A DNA stretch of 64,000 nucleotides from the human T2T-CHM13v2.0 reference genome, Homo sapiens, in the NCBI RefSeq assembly GCF_009914755.1, contig NC_060947.1; one strand, 5' to 3'. The position numbers and the translations under genes are program-made. Position 1 is the first letter of the stretch. Every line of letters begins with the position of its first letter. The notes beneath the pieces are model-generated. The model was given only the letters and a program-made list of their open reading frames with translations, was not told the origin of the DNA and made no database searches. This document shows, piece after piece, positions 45,781 to 61,607 of the stretch.

Positions 45781-46114
45781 TTTTTAATAAAAGCAACTTG
45801 ATTTATAATCCATCTAGCATTTATTTTGTGAATAGTCTATGATAGAAATTGATATATATATATATGTTTGTACAAACATGAATAATATATGACAGTTTTT
45901 CTTTTAATTATTAAATCACCTTACAAATCAAACAACTATGGAATATTATTAGCTTAACTACCTGGGTGATTAGCAAAAGTTTTATATTTCCTTTCCCTAT
46001 ACTTTTTAATATCTACTCTAAAATAGGAAAGTTACTTTCTCTGGCTTTGAGTTGTCACTAAAATATATTCCTTTTTGTTTGTTAAGGCCAGTCAGTTCTT
46101 CGATTTGAAGCCCA

Positions 46115-46395
46115 AAAGGCTCCAATGAGGAAAAGATTCATTTCTTCTCTCTTTGGTGCTGTTGTTAATATCCTCACTCAGATGCAGTCAGGAATATAGT
46201 AATGCCTGTCTCCCTTATAAGGACCATTATGATTACATTGGGCTGATCTGGCTAAACCTGGATAATCTTCTCATCTAAAGATCCCTAATGTAATCACATC
46301 AACAATCTCCCATTTGCCATGTAAGGTAAAACACTCACAAATACTGGGGTTTAGCATGTGGACATCTTTGGGAGGCCATTATTCTTCCCTCCACA
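46115..46395 (-). mobile_element. MLT1C/D LTR fragment
   Basis: cttataaggacc..gattacattggg..ttgccatgtaaggtaa..gtggacatctttgggaggccattattct. Confidence 0.7.
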
Positions 46396-47122
46396 TTGTC
46401 AACCTCTGGTCCAACTCACTTGTCATCAGTGTAGGAGTGCCTGTGGAGGCAGGTAGAGTGGTAGGAGTTGGGAGGATTCTTGATTGCCTTCAGCTGAGCT
46501 TGAACCTGTGCTCTTAGTGGAGCAGTTTCATTTAAAAGGGGATGTGGCTAAGCAGGCACCATAAAATGTACTTCTAGTAGCATCCCTGAATTGAAAGAGT
46601 TTACATATAAGACTGCATGATAAAATTAAATGAGTTACATTTTGTAAAGCAGGTAGAACAATGCCTGAGCAGAGTAGGCATCATATACGTATTTGTGCTT
46701 GTTAAATAAAACCCAAAAATAATTTCCACGAGGAAAGGAGTTTCAAGCAGATAATTAATTTGCGAATGTGATATATCCTCTTGATCCAGGGAGCTAATTG
46801 ATTTTGTGAATTACATTTCTCAGGGTACACTAAATCCTCACTGTTGGCTATCAAGAGGAAATACACCTTGACAGGTTTCTCCAGTGGTGGTGAAGATTGT
46901 GTATGGATTATACACTTAATTGTCACATTTTTAATGAGAATAACAGCTTAAAATCAAGAGTGAAACATATACGCTGAAAAATGGCAGTATTAATTAGCTC
47001 ATTCCATATTTATTGAACAACTACACTGTACCAGATTTTACAGAGCATCAGTGATAAATAACAGTCCTTGTGCTCAAGCCTTTTGAAGTATAATAGGGTG
47101 AATTCTTTTGGGTTTGCAAATA

Positions 47123-48181
<1,059 letters not shown>

Positions 48182-48199
48182 TACTTATAATACAAAATG

Positions 48200-48870
48200 A
48201 ATTACACTGTGGCCCGAAGAAAATATTAAAACAAAGTGGTATAAAGTATTATAAATTAGAGTAATCACTCTTGTAAAGATGTCTTAGAGTAACAAGGTAG
48301 TATTTGAAATGAGCTTTGACCATAAAGGTGAAAATGAGATGGGACACCCCAGGTAAGGGGTTAATATTACCTAAGATAGAGAGAGAGAAAATCCAAACCT
48401 TTAAAATAAAACAGCTTGGCAGAAATAGAGGATGTTGCACCTATAATTGTAGTGAGAAAGAAAATGGAAGAGTTCAATGTAACTTTTGGATCATATCTGG
48501 GTGTAAGGAGTTAACAACTCATTAACAAGTGGCCTAAGTGACAAATAGTGAAAGCTTTGACTAAGATAGTAAGAATGAACTAGAAAGGAGGGGCTGGGTA
48601 TGAGAGACATTGTGTTAAAGCAGAATCCACATGATTTAGCAACTGATTTAGGAGGGGAGAGAGGGGCCCATAATGACTGCTTTCCTGCTTGGATGACTAG
48701 AATAATGTAGTTTCAGAATAGAAACAGGAAATTGGACAGATGATGTATTCTTGTCTTTAAATGAATGGATTTAAGATGCTGGAAGAATTTTGAGGGTGAC
48801 TCTTTCAAACAAGTATTTGAAAATGAGGTTGGACATTCCTGAGGGAGATAGAGAAAGATATTTGGGAGCT
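48200..48870 (-). mobile_element. L2 fragment
   Basis: tatttgaaatgagctttga.., gcagaatccacatgatttagcaactgatt, ttggatgactagaataatg. Confidence 0.5.
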
Positions 48871-49006
48871 TTAGTCTAAAATAATCTCAAAATGGGAGAG
48901 GGGAGACTTTGTAGCTCATTTTGTCCTATGGACTCATCTTACTTGAGTTCCAGCCCTTTCCTTGTAACTGCCAAATGTTTTTCTATCCTGATTTGAACTT
49001 TGAGTC

Positions 49007-49650
49007 TATGGAGGCCAAACCCGTGGCCCCCTGGAGGTTACCTCAAAATCACTGACATGAGGCAAATTGATGAGTGGGATAAATGGCATACAAATTTATT
49101 TAACTTGTATATACGGGAGCCTTCAGAATGAAGACCCAAAGACACAGGGGAAATTGTCCATTTTTCTGCTTAGATTCAACAAAGTATAGACAGCCACGCA
49201 GAAATATGACTGGACAAAAATGATATGATCTAATGCTGATAGATTGAGTGGGGAAACCCAGCAAGGCCCATCTGTCTAGATTCTTCTTGGCCTCTCTGTT
49301 CATGTATTTCTTCCTTGTGGGTATGGATCAGGACCCTCTCTGGAATGGAGGTCTTCTGACCTATAGTCAAACAAGGTAAGTGAGATCATTTCTTTATGGC
49401 CAGTTTGTACACAGATAGGACAGAGAGAAAGTTAGAGTAATATCTTTAAGTTTATGAGTGGCTTTGGGACAAAAGGAGTTCTGGCTTCTATGACCTGCCT
49501 TGGGGAAGAGGGATTCTAGTTTCTATGGCCAGCCTCCGTGGAGAATGGGATAGAGAGACAGGAGGGTGGGAAGAGGTCAAAGAAAAACTTTTGCTTCTGA
49601 AGCTGTTTTTGAGGCTTTCATTTTGGGGCATTGTTTTCTGAGCCCCAACG
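49007..49650 (-). mobile_element. ERV1 MER39-like solo LTR (copy 3)
   Basis: gggagccttcagaatgaagaccc..ttttggggcattgttttctgagccccaac; flanked by agtc repeats. Confidence 0.78.
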
Positions 49651-50248
49651 AGTCTATGACATCCTGAGGCAGGCAATTCTGTTTGTACCATTCAGTTTGA
49701 AATTTCTTCTTTATTCTGAGTTGTCTAAAGTTCTTTCCCTTTGAACCTAGTTCTACATCTTGGGACCCTACCCTAGAGCATTTGCGGTTCTGTCTCACAA
49801 AAGCTCCTCTGATGTTTTAAGAAAGCTATAAAGTCCCTCTTTAGCCTCCTCTTCCAGTAACGCAGGGAGTGTAAATGGTGCTCAGCGGCAGTATAATATC
49901 TTCATGCCCTCTTTTGCTTGCTCCCTGCTAGAGTTTTCCCAGATATAAATAAATTAATAGAAAACTAAAAACAACTTGCATAGGTTCTAGGCTCAATTAA
50001 TCTAACATGTGAAATTGAAATAAAAATCCTTCACAGAAATTAATAGGGTTTCACCATAGATAAATGCCTGAGGGCATATGTCCACCTCTGTCACCTCTCC
50101 CGCTTCCAATGCTCCTTTATTCTTTTATAGGCTAAACATCTCTACTTGGCACAATGGTTCATGTGACAGTTTCCAGTCATATCACTGTCTTTGGTCTAAG
50201 TAGCATGGAGAAGAACAAGACCAGCCCCTCCCTTGGTCTACATACTGT

Positions 50249-50290
<42 letters not shown>

Positions 50291-50435
50291 TAAAATCAGT
50301 TGTGTGTTTGGATACACCCCCCCCCCCACCTGGCTCATAGACACACTGCCACCAATGCCTGTTAATCATCTGCAGCTCGCTATGTAACCAAGTGGAGGTT
50401 CACCCTTCACTGCTATTATATTTCACCTTACTATC

Positions 50436-51051
50436 CATCAGGTCCTCAGATAACATCGTTTTGTTCAATGTTGTTTCATTATAACACTGATGAGAAAAAA
50501 AATCAATCCCCAGCCAGGACCACTGTCTATGTGGAATTTGCATTTCTCTGAATGTCCGAATGAGTTTTCTCTGGGTACTCTGTTTTCCTCCCACATCCAA
50601 GATCTGTGCATGTTCAATTCATTGGTGTGTCTGAGTGGTTCCAGTCTGAGTGAGTGTGTGTGTGTGCGTGTGCATGCGTGCACACGCACACACACACCCA
50701 GCGATGGGCTGGCATCCTGGCCACAGTAGATTTCTACATGGCGCCCTGAGCTGCTGGGATAGGCTCCCACCACTTGTGACTCGGAACTGGAATAAGCAGG
50801 TAAATCGTGATTTACTTATTTTATGAATCTTTCTTAAATGATGTATAGCTCATATGTATTTCAATGTTTAATATTAGAAGTACGTTGGTCTTTAGAAGTT
50901 TTGTGATATTTTATGACAAGAAATATGTTACAAGAACTTAAATCTTGTTTATATCAATTAGCCTATGAGAAAATTGGTTGTGTATGAGGTTGTTGCACCT
51001 AAAGTCGCAGTTTCCAAGAACCTATAGATGACATTAAGTGAGGACTTACTG
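50436..51051 (+). mobile_element. MER6A (TcMar-Tigger) DNA transposon
   Basis: Ends caggtcctcagataacatcg and gatgacattaagtgaggacttactg-ta; central ttcctcccacatccaaga..ctgctgggataggctcc domain; ~615 bp. Confidence 0.85.
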
Positions 51052-52059
51052 TAGTTGAACCTTACTCTAATCTGCACGATCATTTAGATCTCAAATTGAT
51101 CATGTTTATCAGCTTGCCTTTTTTCTCTCTTGCTAAGACATTGTTGATGATGTAGAATTTTAAGAAACTTACATTTAGGATAGTGTGCTTGACAAAACAG
51201 TATTTTTCCAGTTTGACATTAAGTTGTCAAAGGTCTGATAAGGAATTTTGGGGGAACTTTATTGAAGTGGTATAGATGTTAAAAGTGCTTTTTAAAATGA
51301 GATGACACTTGGTTTATTCTGAATTTATTTATATAAAATAACACTGTCTTACGTGTTGAGAACTTAGACTTTTGATTCAAAACACCCAGCATCAAGTCCT
51401 GGTCTACCATTTATAGTTTATTTATGCTCCCTGAATCTATTTCCTTAAGTGTTATATGAGGCTATTAATGCCTTCTTCCTAGGCTATTGTGAGGGTTTGA
51501 GGAGACGATGTGAATAAAACACTTAGTACCTTGTTTGGTATATAATAAGTGGCTGTTATTTTTCTATGAAAGTCTGATTACAGTATAAAATATAACTTTA
51601 TTCCCTTTGCGTTCATTTTCATGCCGAAAGGTTTTCTTTCAATATGAAATTGGTATTTAATTGTATAATGAATACTTAGGAAGAAATATCGAATGTACAT
51701 GGTAAGCCTTCTAATGTTTTTTGTAAGAATGGATTTTGATTTGCCGTACATTCTTTTCATTCTTTGCGTAAGCAGCAATACTTACTGATTTTGAAGGTGA
51801 TAAAGGCCAAGGATGTAGTCTAGAAATCCATGGGCTTGGTGTTCTTAACTTTTGTGCTTTTATCCAAGCTGCCCTACCATCATGATCTGTAACCTTCAAA
51901 ATCCATCCCTTTTTATAAACAGTATTCCATTACCCATTTGTCATAGCTTGCCTGGAGTAAAGAAGGATACTGGGAAGATAGTGGGCACTCTTACTTCAAT
52001 GACTGACCCCTTCCCCACCATTTGTTCTCATCAGCTGTTTTTAATGTTCCATTAAATCT

Positions 52060-52940
52060 CTCCCTTGAAGTTTTGATATTATTTATTATATTTTTCATTT
52101 CTGGAAGTTCAAATAATTTTGTTCAAATCAGGTAATCTTTGTAGACAGACATAGAAATATCTGCATAAGCTTTATGCTTATCTTTTATTTCTTTAACCTA
52201 CTTGTTTTAAAATTGCTGGCTGATAACTCCAATATTCATAGTTTCACCACAGAGAGCAATAGCTGCTCTCTGCTCTTTCATATGATTCTTGCTGTAGGTA
52301 CTGTATTTCTTTTTGTGTTTAGTTGTTTTGTTTTGTTTCTATTTCAATGAGCTGATCAGTTTCCCTGGAATGTTATTTGTGGGGATTCTCTGAGGCCTAG
52401 GTTGAAGGGAATTCTTGTAGAGAGGATTTCCATTAGCCTTGGCAGGTGCCTAAGGTATAACCACTCTGGGATCACTATAAATTAAATGAAATTCATAGCT
52501 TGAGGTTTTGGGGGACCATCCAAGTAATAAGAATTTGTGCTGTAAATCTATCTTAAGGATATATAAGGGGTGGAGATGGTCAAGTTTAGTTATGTTTCAT
52601 TATTTTTCCTGAGGATGTAGCCCTTAGCTTTACTGGGTAGAGGTTCTCTCCAATTTGAGATTTAACCAAGCCCCCACCCCCCATCCCCATCTCTTTAGCC
52701 TCCTGCTACCATTAAACCTAGGCTCAGACTACTGGAATGTCCAGGATCAGTGTCCTCAGGAAAAATGTCTTCAGTGGGCCACTTAACCCTTTGAGCTCTG
52801 ATTTTACTTAGATTTTGGGCATAGGAATTCCTATCTTGTGAACTATTTGATAACTTTAGAAAAAAAAAATAACCCAGTGTTGTTCCTTATTTTCAGTGGA
52901 AAGGTTGCTCCAATTAACCTTGCTTGCCATATTAATAGAA
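52060..52940 (-). mobile_element. Very old L1M (5'/ORF1-side) fragment
   Basis: tttttcatttctggaagttc.., ggattctctgaggcctaggttga.. resemble antisense L1ME; weak. Confidence 0.4.
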
Positions 52941-54442
52941 ATAGAACTTCCCTGTTATTTCTCACTTAGGAGTTTTCTCAACCAGATTTTATATTTAACA
53001 TTTCAAATTTCTTGGCACAATTCTCATTCTCTGACCCTACTTACTTGCTACTGGCAGCTTTATTTTTAAACTCTGCTTTAGCTTTTCTTTTCTCCTTTGT
53101 ATAACTTATCCTTCAACACCTTGAAATAGTTAACTCCTGTGAGTGTAATAGGAAATTTACAAAAAATAATCTTTAAAAACCACCAGATTATTTGATTGTG
53201 TGATCCAGGAATGAATGCATGTCTTAGAAGAAAGAGGGCAAATTGGGTGAAATAAAAGATGTTAAGCAAGAAACTCATGGGTGGAAAGAGAGTATTATTG
53301 AGATGATTGGCAAGACCACTTAGGCTGTCAGATAATTAAATGAAGCCAAGAAGGGGTTATGGGAAATAAGCTGATTACGGCAGGTAAGACAGGAAGGAAT
53401 GATGGAAGAACTGGAGGAAAAGGAGCACCTATTAATCTTGGGGAATTTTATCATGTATTCAGATTTTTAAAAAATCAATTAATGAACATTTGACTATAGA
53501 CCATATAAATCAGGGCTGATTCATAGTTTTCCCTTTTCTTAAAACTAATTAGCAGATATTAGCTATAACAAAGGATCTTTTGACCTCAAAAGAATACCCT
53601 TGGTACATTTTCTCATCAAACTAATACTTAGAAACAATAGGGAAACAGGAAATTAATGAGACATCTGAAACTTTATGATTTCTTTTCATCTGGAAATATT
53701 AGGGGGAAATCAAATAAAATATACATTTTATCATGCTGTTTTTACATCAGACTTTTCCCCTAGTATTCTTTCTCATTTGGAACATGTTAATGTACTACAA
53801 ATGAAAGAGGATGAAACACTTGAAAAATTTCTGGATTGTAATATGTTTAAAAATATATATAGTTCTCCATCTCTCATTTTCTACATTTTTCCAGTGTTTT
53901 TTTTTTTTTTTTAAATTTGCTTAGCCACGATTCATTACTCATTGAGGTCCTCCTCTGTCCCTGGCACTATGGTAAGTGTTTTGTGTTTTGCATATAGTTT
54001 CTCATTGAATCCTCAGAAAACCTATGAGGTTCTAATTATTATTGCCATTTTACTGGCAAAATTGAGACTCATAAAAAATAAGCAAACAAATAACCTTATT
54101 GTTTATAAAGTTTACCTATATTTATTTTGATGTGCGTTTTAATTGTTATCTTCATATCAAGCCTATGATTTTGTCAGATACTGTTATTATTTTTTTTAAT
54201 ACATGAGGACAAAGAAGCTCAGAGAAGTGAAGTGACTTGTCAAAGCTTCCAGTATACCGATACAGATGGTGCTTTATCTCAAAGCTTCTAAGTCACACTA
54301 CTAATTTTCTACAATGCTACACTTATTTGGAAGATAAACATAGGATGATGATGATGTTGATGACAATGACTACTTTTAAAGTGGTACAAAGCTTGAGATT
54401 TAGAAAACCATTAGTATCCAACACTAGTTGTATTTGGTAATA

Positions 54443-54818
54443 CAGATTCTCCTCTGCTCCTCATAGTTTAGTGTAGCCTACCTTAAACATGTTCAGCACA
54501 CTTATGTTAGCCTACAGTTGGGCAAAATCGCTTGACACAAAACCTATTTTATGATCTCATGTAATTTATTGAATATGCTACACTGTAGAGTACATTATCC
54601 ATTGTTTATCCTTGTGATCGTGATGGTGTGGCTGACTGGGAACTATGTCTCACTTCTGCTGTTCAGCATTCTGACAGAAGATCACACAAATATCACTAGC
54701 CCAGGAAAAGATCAAAATCCAAAGTTCAGAATAGTATTTCTACTGAATGTGTATTGTTTTACCCATCCTAAAGTTGAAGAATCACAAGTCAAACCATCAT
54801 AAGTCCAGGATTATTTGT
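54443..54818 (+). mobile_element. MER47/Tigger5-type DNA transposon
   Basis: tagcctaccttaaacatgttcag..ttagcctacagttgggcaaaatc..tttctactgaatg..aaccatcataagtc. Confidence 0.8.
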
Positions 54819-54828
54819 TTATATATCT

Positions 54829-55362
54829 TGTAGGGAAGGGAAAAGTGAAAGGAAATAATGTTCTTTCTACCCTTCTACATTATTGGCTGGAGCCCCTGTA
54901 ACAAAAGACAAATTAACAAGAGAAAACAAACAGGAGTTTACTAACATGTATATCTCATATATACATGGGTGATACCCAAGGAAATGAGTAAATCTCAAAG
55001 AGGTGGCTTAAGAATCAGTCTTAAATACGATCTTCACCTAAAAACAAAGAAAGAAGGGTATGGGGGAAACCACTTATGGGGGTGACCAGGAAAAGTACAG
55101 TAAACAAGAGTAAGGTTTTTTATGCAGATTTAAGCCATTTCCTTCTTCATTAATAAGACTCCAGTCTTCTTGGTACAGACAGAAAGAGACACCCTTACAA
55201 ATGAAAATTTACGTTATAAGTGTGAATTTGCCTTACAAAAGGGTAACTTCTACTTTGTTTGCAGAGCTTCACATGTGTCTGCTATTTCTCAAAATAACTA
55301 GTTCAAAATAATCCTTATACTGAAGAGGCATATTTTGGGGTATCATATTCTGGTCTCCTACA
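54829..55362 (-). mobile_element. ERV1 MER34-family solo LTR
   Basis: TG..CA ends, terminal gcatattttggggtatcatattctggtctcctaca, perfect 4-bp TSD ATCT (54825-54828 and 55363-55366). Confidence 0.85.
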
Positions 55363-56329
55363 ATCTTAATATCAAATGCCATAGAAATAACCCAAAGGAT
55401 GGGCACAGTGTGTGAAAAGTTCTAGGAAGAATATAACAAGTAGACTATATAACTACTAATGGCAATCTGTGTCCCAACCATTTATTTAGCTTTATCAGAT
55501 ATATTTTTCTGAAGATACTTTTCTTTCTCATGTGCTCCACTGGTTAAAACCCAGAAATACTTGTAGCATAAAGATATAACCCACAAACAGCAATCATTTC
55601 TTTTTTCTTGGGTGTCAGAAATAGCTCCTTTGTAAATTCAGGTGTGATGATTAAAGTAAAAACGAGCGTGAGATAAACTGTTACGCTAATTATCTGGAAT
55701 TCTTTTTGAGATTTTTATGTTAGATTGATTTAGGTGAGGAAGTATGGCATAGGGCCATAAAATCAGAGGAAAAAGACCGTATCTGTGAGTTATAAATAAT
55801 TTTTGTATTAAAAGGGAATATTCAGTATAGTACATCTCTTCAATTTCTAAAATGTCTATAGTAATATTTTAAAATATTCACAGAAGAAGTTGAAGTATTA
55901 TTGATAAGGCTTTTGAAGACTATTTTGTTCATTAAGTAAACAGTAAAAAAAAACATTTTTTGTTAGGTAAATTTTCAGGATTACTCAGAATAAGAATACT
56001 TACAGATATAAGGGAAAACTACCTCAAAAGGAGTTTAAAGAGATTATATTAAAATATATAGTTTGTACCTAACGATTAAAATTTTGTCCTGAGCTCATCT
56101 TAAATTATCTTTGAAATCATTAACTATGTGTTCTGAAATTTTATTTTGGGTACAAATTGTTTGAGATGGTTGTTTATTTTATGTATATATGTATTCATGC
56201 ATTAATTCATTTGTTCATTCATATTTTTTGTAATCTTCAGTTCCTTATCATCATTGGCCCAGGCTAGTGCTGTTTCTTCATTATATGTGCATATATATGT
56301 GTGTACACGTGTGTATCCATATATGCCCT

Positions 56330-57000
56330 TATACCTACGACACTAATCCCTTTATTCTCCTACAGTGAGGCAATCGTTTTAATGTACTCAACGTGTATCT
56401 TTTTATTTGCACGTGTTTTTGTAAAATTTGTGTTGTTGGTTTGTGTGTGTATCTTTTTATGTAAATTATGTTATATATCATATACTGTTTTCTACATCTT
56501 TACTAAGCACTATGTTTTAAAGATCCATTTATACTATATACATACATATATGTATATAGACATGCATATATACACACACATATGTATATTTTGTGCATAT
56601 ATACACACACGTGCGTATGTATGTGTGACACATACACACACACACACACGCACACACTCACATTCTAATTTCTAAATGCTTCGTGGTTCTCCATAGTGGG
56701 CATCTACTACATTTGACCCTATTCCCTCTCCCAATATGGATAACCAGTTGCCTCTACATCTATACGACCGCAAATAATGCTACAGTGAACATCCTCTCAT
56801 GTGTCCCCTTATAGATCCCTGTGAGAATTTCTCTGAGATATACATGTGGGAGTGGAATGGCCGTGTTATAGGTAAATATCTATTTCTGTGCTTTCCAGAA
56901 TTTTGCACCAGTCTGCACTCCCACTAGAAGTGCTTGAAGATTCCCACGATTGCTCATTTCCATCAGTATTTGGCAATGAGTAGTGTTCTAGTTTTCGCCT
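56330..57000 (-). mobile_element. Old L1ME fragment with an internal TA/CA microsatellite
   Basis: caaataatgctacagtgaacatcctc..gagtggaatggc..tgcactcccactag. Confidence 0.6.
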
Positions 57001-57750
57001 CAGAGAAATGTTTAAACTATTTTAAACACAAGGTTTTCAAGAGTATTCTAGTCACTATTACTCTGCTGATAAACCTTTATTATTATTCATCCACCAAACC
57101 AATCTCAAGAAAACCTGTACTACATGATAATTTGCTAGTTATGGTGTATGTATTGTAAAATAATAAACTTATTTCCTTAGAAAAATTCTTTCAGATATTT
57201 TATTAATACTGCTAGGATTTAGAATTGGTGATAGTTTATCTTACATTTTATTTCTAATTTGCTCATAGCAAATTATATTCATGATCAAAGAATATTTTCT
57301 GTCATAATTATTGTCCAAACAGTGTTTAGGTTGCACATGGAATTTAAAAGTACTCTTCAGTGAGTAAATGACAAAATCCTGTTTTTTTACTTAGAACACT
57401 TTTAATACTGTGGTTCACTTTTCTATAAGTTATACTAGTGGGATAGGTCACATGCAGACTAAATGTAGAAATATAACTAGGCTGTGGAATTAATTAGCTT
57501 TGATTTTGCATTTATTTGAAAAACAAAAAAGAATATGAAGACCACTGACATATATTTCCACTATTTTTCTTTTTCAAATCATACAATTGAGATAAAGATT
57601 CAGTACTTCCTCCAAATAAACAGCCCCGTAATAGCAGAAATGTAAATTACAACACTTCTAAATCTGTTTTTATCAACTATTGACCTAACTTTATTAAATG
57701 TACCTAAAAATGTAGGGCTACTAAGCAGCTGGAAAATAATGTATTCAGTT

Positions 57751-58390
57751 TGTAGAGGGGAAAGACACGATACCTTTCCTCCGTGTCATAAGGTTCTTGG
57801 CTGACACTCCTATAACAAAAGACAGATTAACAAGTGAAAAGCATAACACATTTGTTTAATCAAAATTGTATGTGACACAGGGGACTTCAGAAATGAAAAC
57901 TCCCAAACCCGGGGAAAACGATGTCATTTTGTGCTTATGGTTGTTGAAGAGTGAATAGCTGTGAAGAAATGTGACTGAACAAAAGGGTATGATCTAGTGA
58001 TAATAGACCGTGGAGGGAAACCGAGCAAGGCCTGTCTGTTCAGATTCTTGTGACCTCTTTGTGTAGCATTCCTTCTTCTCAGGTAAGGGCAGGAACCCCC
58101 TCTGAAATGAGGGTATTCAAGGTATAAAGGAGGAGAGGGTGACTTTTCTGGGTTTTATCCTTGCTTTGGGCAAGAGGGGTTCTAGTTTCTATGACTTACC
58201 TTGGAGAAGGATTCTGTTTTTTTATAAATTGCTTCAGAGACAGAAGGAGGGATAGGAGACAAGAGGGCAGGAGGTCAGAAAGAGAATTTGCCTCTGAGGC
58301 TGCTTCTGCAGCCTTCCAATCTCCTTTGGTTCAAAGTAATCAGCATGCCAAAGCACTGTTCTCTGGGGTGTCATTTTTTGAGCCCCAGTA
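57751..58390 (-). mobile_element. ERV1 MER39-like solo LTR (copy 4)
   Basis: tgtag start, ctataacaaaagacagattaacaag, caaaagggtatgatcta, terminal ggggtgtcattttttgagcccc. Confidence 0.75.
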
Positions 58391-58619
58391 AGTAAAAGAA
58401 GAAGAAATCATGGGCAAGAAAATTTCATTGTCTGTGTCTCTATCTCTGTCTCTGTCTCTCTCTACGCACCCACCCCCCGCCACACACACAGAGTAACAAA
58501 TTCACATAAAGAATTGTAAAGTTATTGTCAAGATATTTTACTTCAGTACTTAAATATTAATTGGGTACTTACCAAAAAGCATGAACATAAATACATATGT
58601 GTTATTTTATATATATATT

Positions 58620-58800
58620 ATTTATAATTGACAAATAATTGTATATAGATATGGGGCACAATATGATGTTTTAATATATGTATACATTATGACATGATTA
58701 AATCAAGCTAATTAACATATCCATCAACTCTGCTACTTATCATTTTGTCACGGTGAGAACATTTAAGATTTACTTTTTAAGCAATTTTGTAATATACATC
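58620..58800 (-). mobile_element. L1MA 3' end fragment
   Basis: ataattgtatat..ggggcacaatatgatgttt..aaatcaagctaattaacatatccatca. Confidence 0.75.
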
Positions 58801-58801
58801 A

Positions 58802-59104
<303 letters not shown>

Positions 59105-60174
59105 TGTAATATACATCGAAGACCTTCAGTCTAATTAGGCAAACATACTCCAAAAGTTTATTTTAGCAAAACGTGGTTTATATACTACAATAGGCTAGTA
59201 TAAAGAAAATATGTTCATTCAGATTTTTTCCTCTTAAACTTATCAATATATCTGATGTTTTTAGAACAAATTCCTTACTTTCATTATTTTAGCCACTACT
59301 GAGAAGTCAATCATCAAGTCACTCATAGTTTGTCTACTTAGGGCCTTTCACCAATACTCAGTCCCTTTAACTGGCTACACCAACCACCATCACCCTTCCC
59401 AAAAATACAACAGAAAATAAAATAAAACAATAATTATAGCTCAGTGACTTCAGAGTACTATCAGTCTATCACTGTCAGTGATTTCTTACCACTTGTGAAA
59501 TTTCAAAAGCCTGCCATGTACTATTTGTCCTGTCAACTCATACCAGGATCGTCTGCCAAATATCTCAACATGAAGGCTCTGTACAATTACAGACATCTCC
59601 ATTTGATTCCTCCTCTGAAATGTGTTATTTACATGGTTTTTTGTGTGTATTTTGCCCATCATTCACTAATAGTGGCTTACTCCAATGATATATAGCTATC
59701 CTCCCTTCTTTACCTAGTTAAATTTCCCAGATGCTCTTCATAGGATCCCTCTCAACTATTCAAGGTCTCTTTCTATGGTTTAAGGGCTTCTCATAAATGC
59801 AGCCTATCCTCATTGGGTAAACTATGGGACTAGTTAGAGGATAGCAGTAAGGTGCATACTCCAGCTTTTCCCCCCACACGGATTCAGACTCATACTTGGG
59901 TACCTTCTGCCTGAAGGTGATGGTGGCAGATACTTTGTAACCCCTGGGTTACTAAATCCTTCTCAATATTTCTAGGTAGCCATGTTATTACCATTCCATT
60001 TCCACAAAGATCCCTCAAGTACCAGAGCCAATATTCAAACCCAGATCTGTGGGAACTCCAAATGCTATTCTCATCTCTATATATGAGGGGGTGGGGAGCT
60101 CACCAATTCTCTTGACATGCCAGGAGCCATCTTACCCTTTATTTTGGTCAATTTTGTTTTGTTCTTCTTTTCTC

Positions 60175-60390
60175 TTGAGCTAATATTTATACGCTGATTA
60201 TGTGCTAGGCATTGTGCTAAATAGTTTAATTATTGCATTTCATTCCCATAATTTTACTGAGGTGTGGCTTTATGAATGAGCAAACTGGGACTTAATGAGT
60301 TTAAATAACTGACCCAAAGTCAGGCAGCTAATAAATGGTGGAGCTTGGATTTAAACCCAGTCTGCTTTACCTTAGCAGCCATACACTAAA
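60175..60390 (-). mobile_element. MIR SINE
   Basis: tatgtgctaggcattgtgctaa..gatttaaacccagtctg. Confidence 0.7.
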
Positions 60391-61605
60391 CCTGTAAGCA
60401 TTCCCAACAGGACACATGGGTTTCCATGATTCAGGGTTTCGTAAATTGGTTAACTGTGTTTCTTAGGATCATGAAAAACCTGCAGGCTTTCAGATTTATT
60501 TGAATTATTTTTGACCATTGAGTCACACATGGAGTGGATTAGTTAGGAAATAATTATAGGAGTCAGAGTTAAAATAAAATTAAATCCAGATTGGTTATAA
60601 CTCACACATTTCACTCTTTTATATTTTAGCTTCCTTTTTTTTACATAAATACCACACATTTAATAGTTTTAACTTGTTATTTTGGTCAAAATAAATTTTG
60701 TAACGCTGATTCTTCTGTTGTGTTTAGACTATTTGGTTGAATCAAGGATTTTAAAATTTGAGTTTACCAAGTTAAGCACTAAATCGAAGTCCAAAACCAT
60801 ATCTGCTTTTTATCCCAGTACTTTAGACAATAACTAGCACATAGCAGTTGCTCAATAAATATTTATTTAGTGAATATGTGGAATTACTATACATTTATTA
60901 TTAATTTGTACATCAAATGATCTTTCATCTTTTCCTTGAAAAGTATTTCCTCATTGAAGAAATGCTCAAATTCTGATACATCTTTCTTCCTAAAAGAGTA
61001 TCTTTCTAAAGTCCCTAAGCTTTTAAGGGTGCTATTAAATATATGTAAATAATGATTAATGAAAAATCAATCTAATTTTAAGATAGTGATGCATACCATC
61101 TCACACAATGTGTTTTTTCCCAGCTTATGATAATAAAAAAATGTCTCTGAGATGAGAAAGCATACTGTATCTGAAACCTAGCCAACCACAGCTGACATCC
61201 TCACTGAAGGTTAGCTGGTGTTGACTGATGCAGGGAGGGTACAGATGGAACAACTGTAGAGTATAGAATCTAGCTCTATGCGATTTTCATCTTCCTCAGA
61301 CTACCTTAGATATGTTAGCAGGTCAATTGGAGACGGGCACCAAAAAATGGAAGAAATGTGTAAGTATTAATTGAAGCCTCTGCTTTATGACTTCGCATTG
61401 GCTCAAACAGGTCATTTAGTGGGCTCATAACCAGAGTAAAGTTTCCTTAGGCAAAAGGTGCGGATACAGTCACAGATGGAGTCATTAACACAATCAACCT
61501 ATCATATAAGCTAAACTAATTGTATTTATTTCCATAAATTACATCTGGCCTTCCTACTACAGTCTTTTGATTTTCTACTGAGAAGTGCATGCTAAAAACT
61601 ACCTT

Positions 61606-61607
<2 letters not shown>

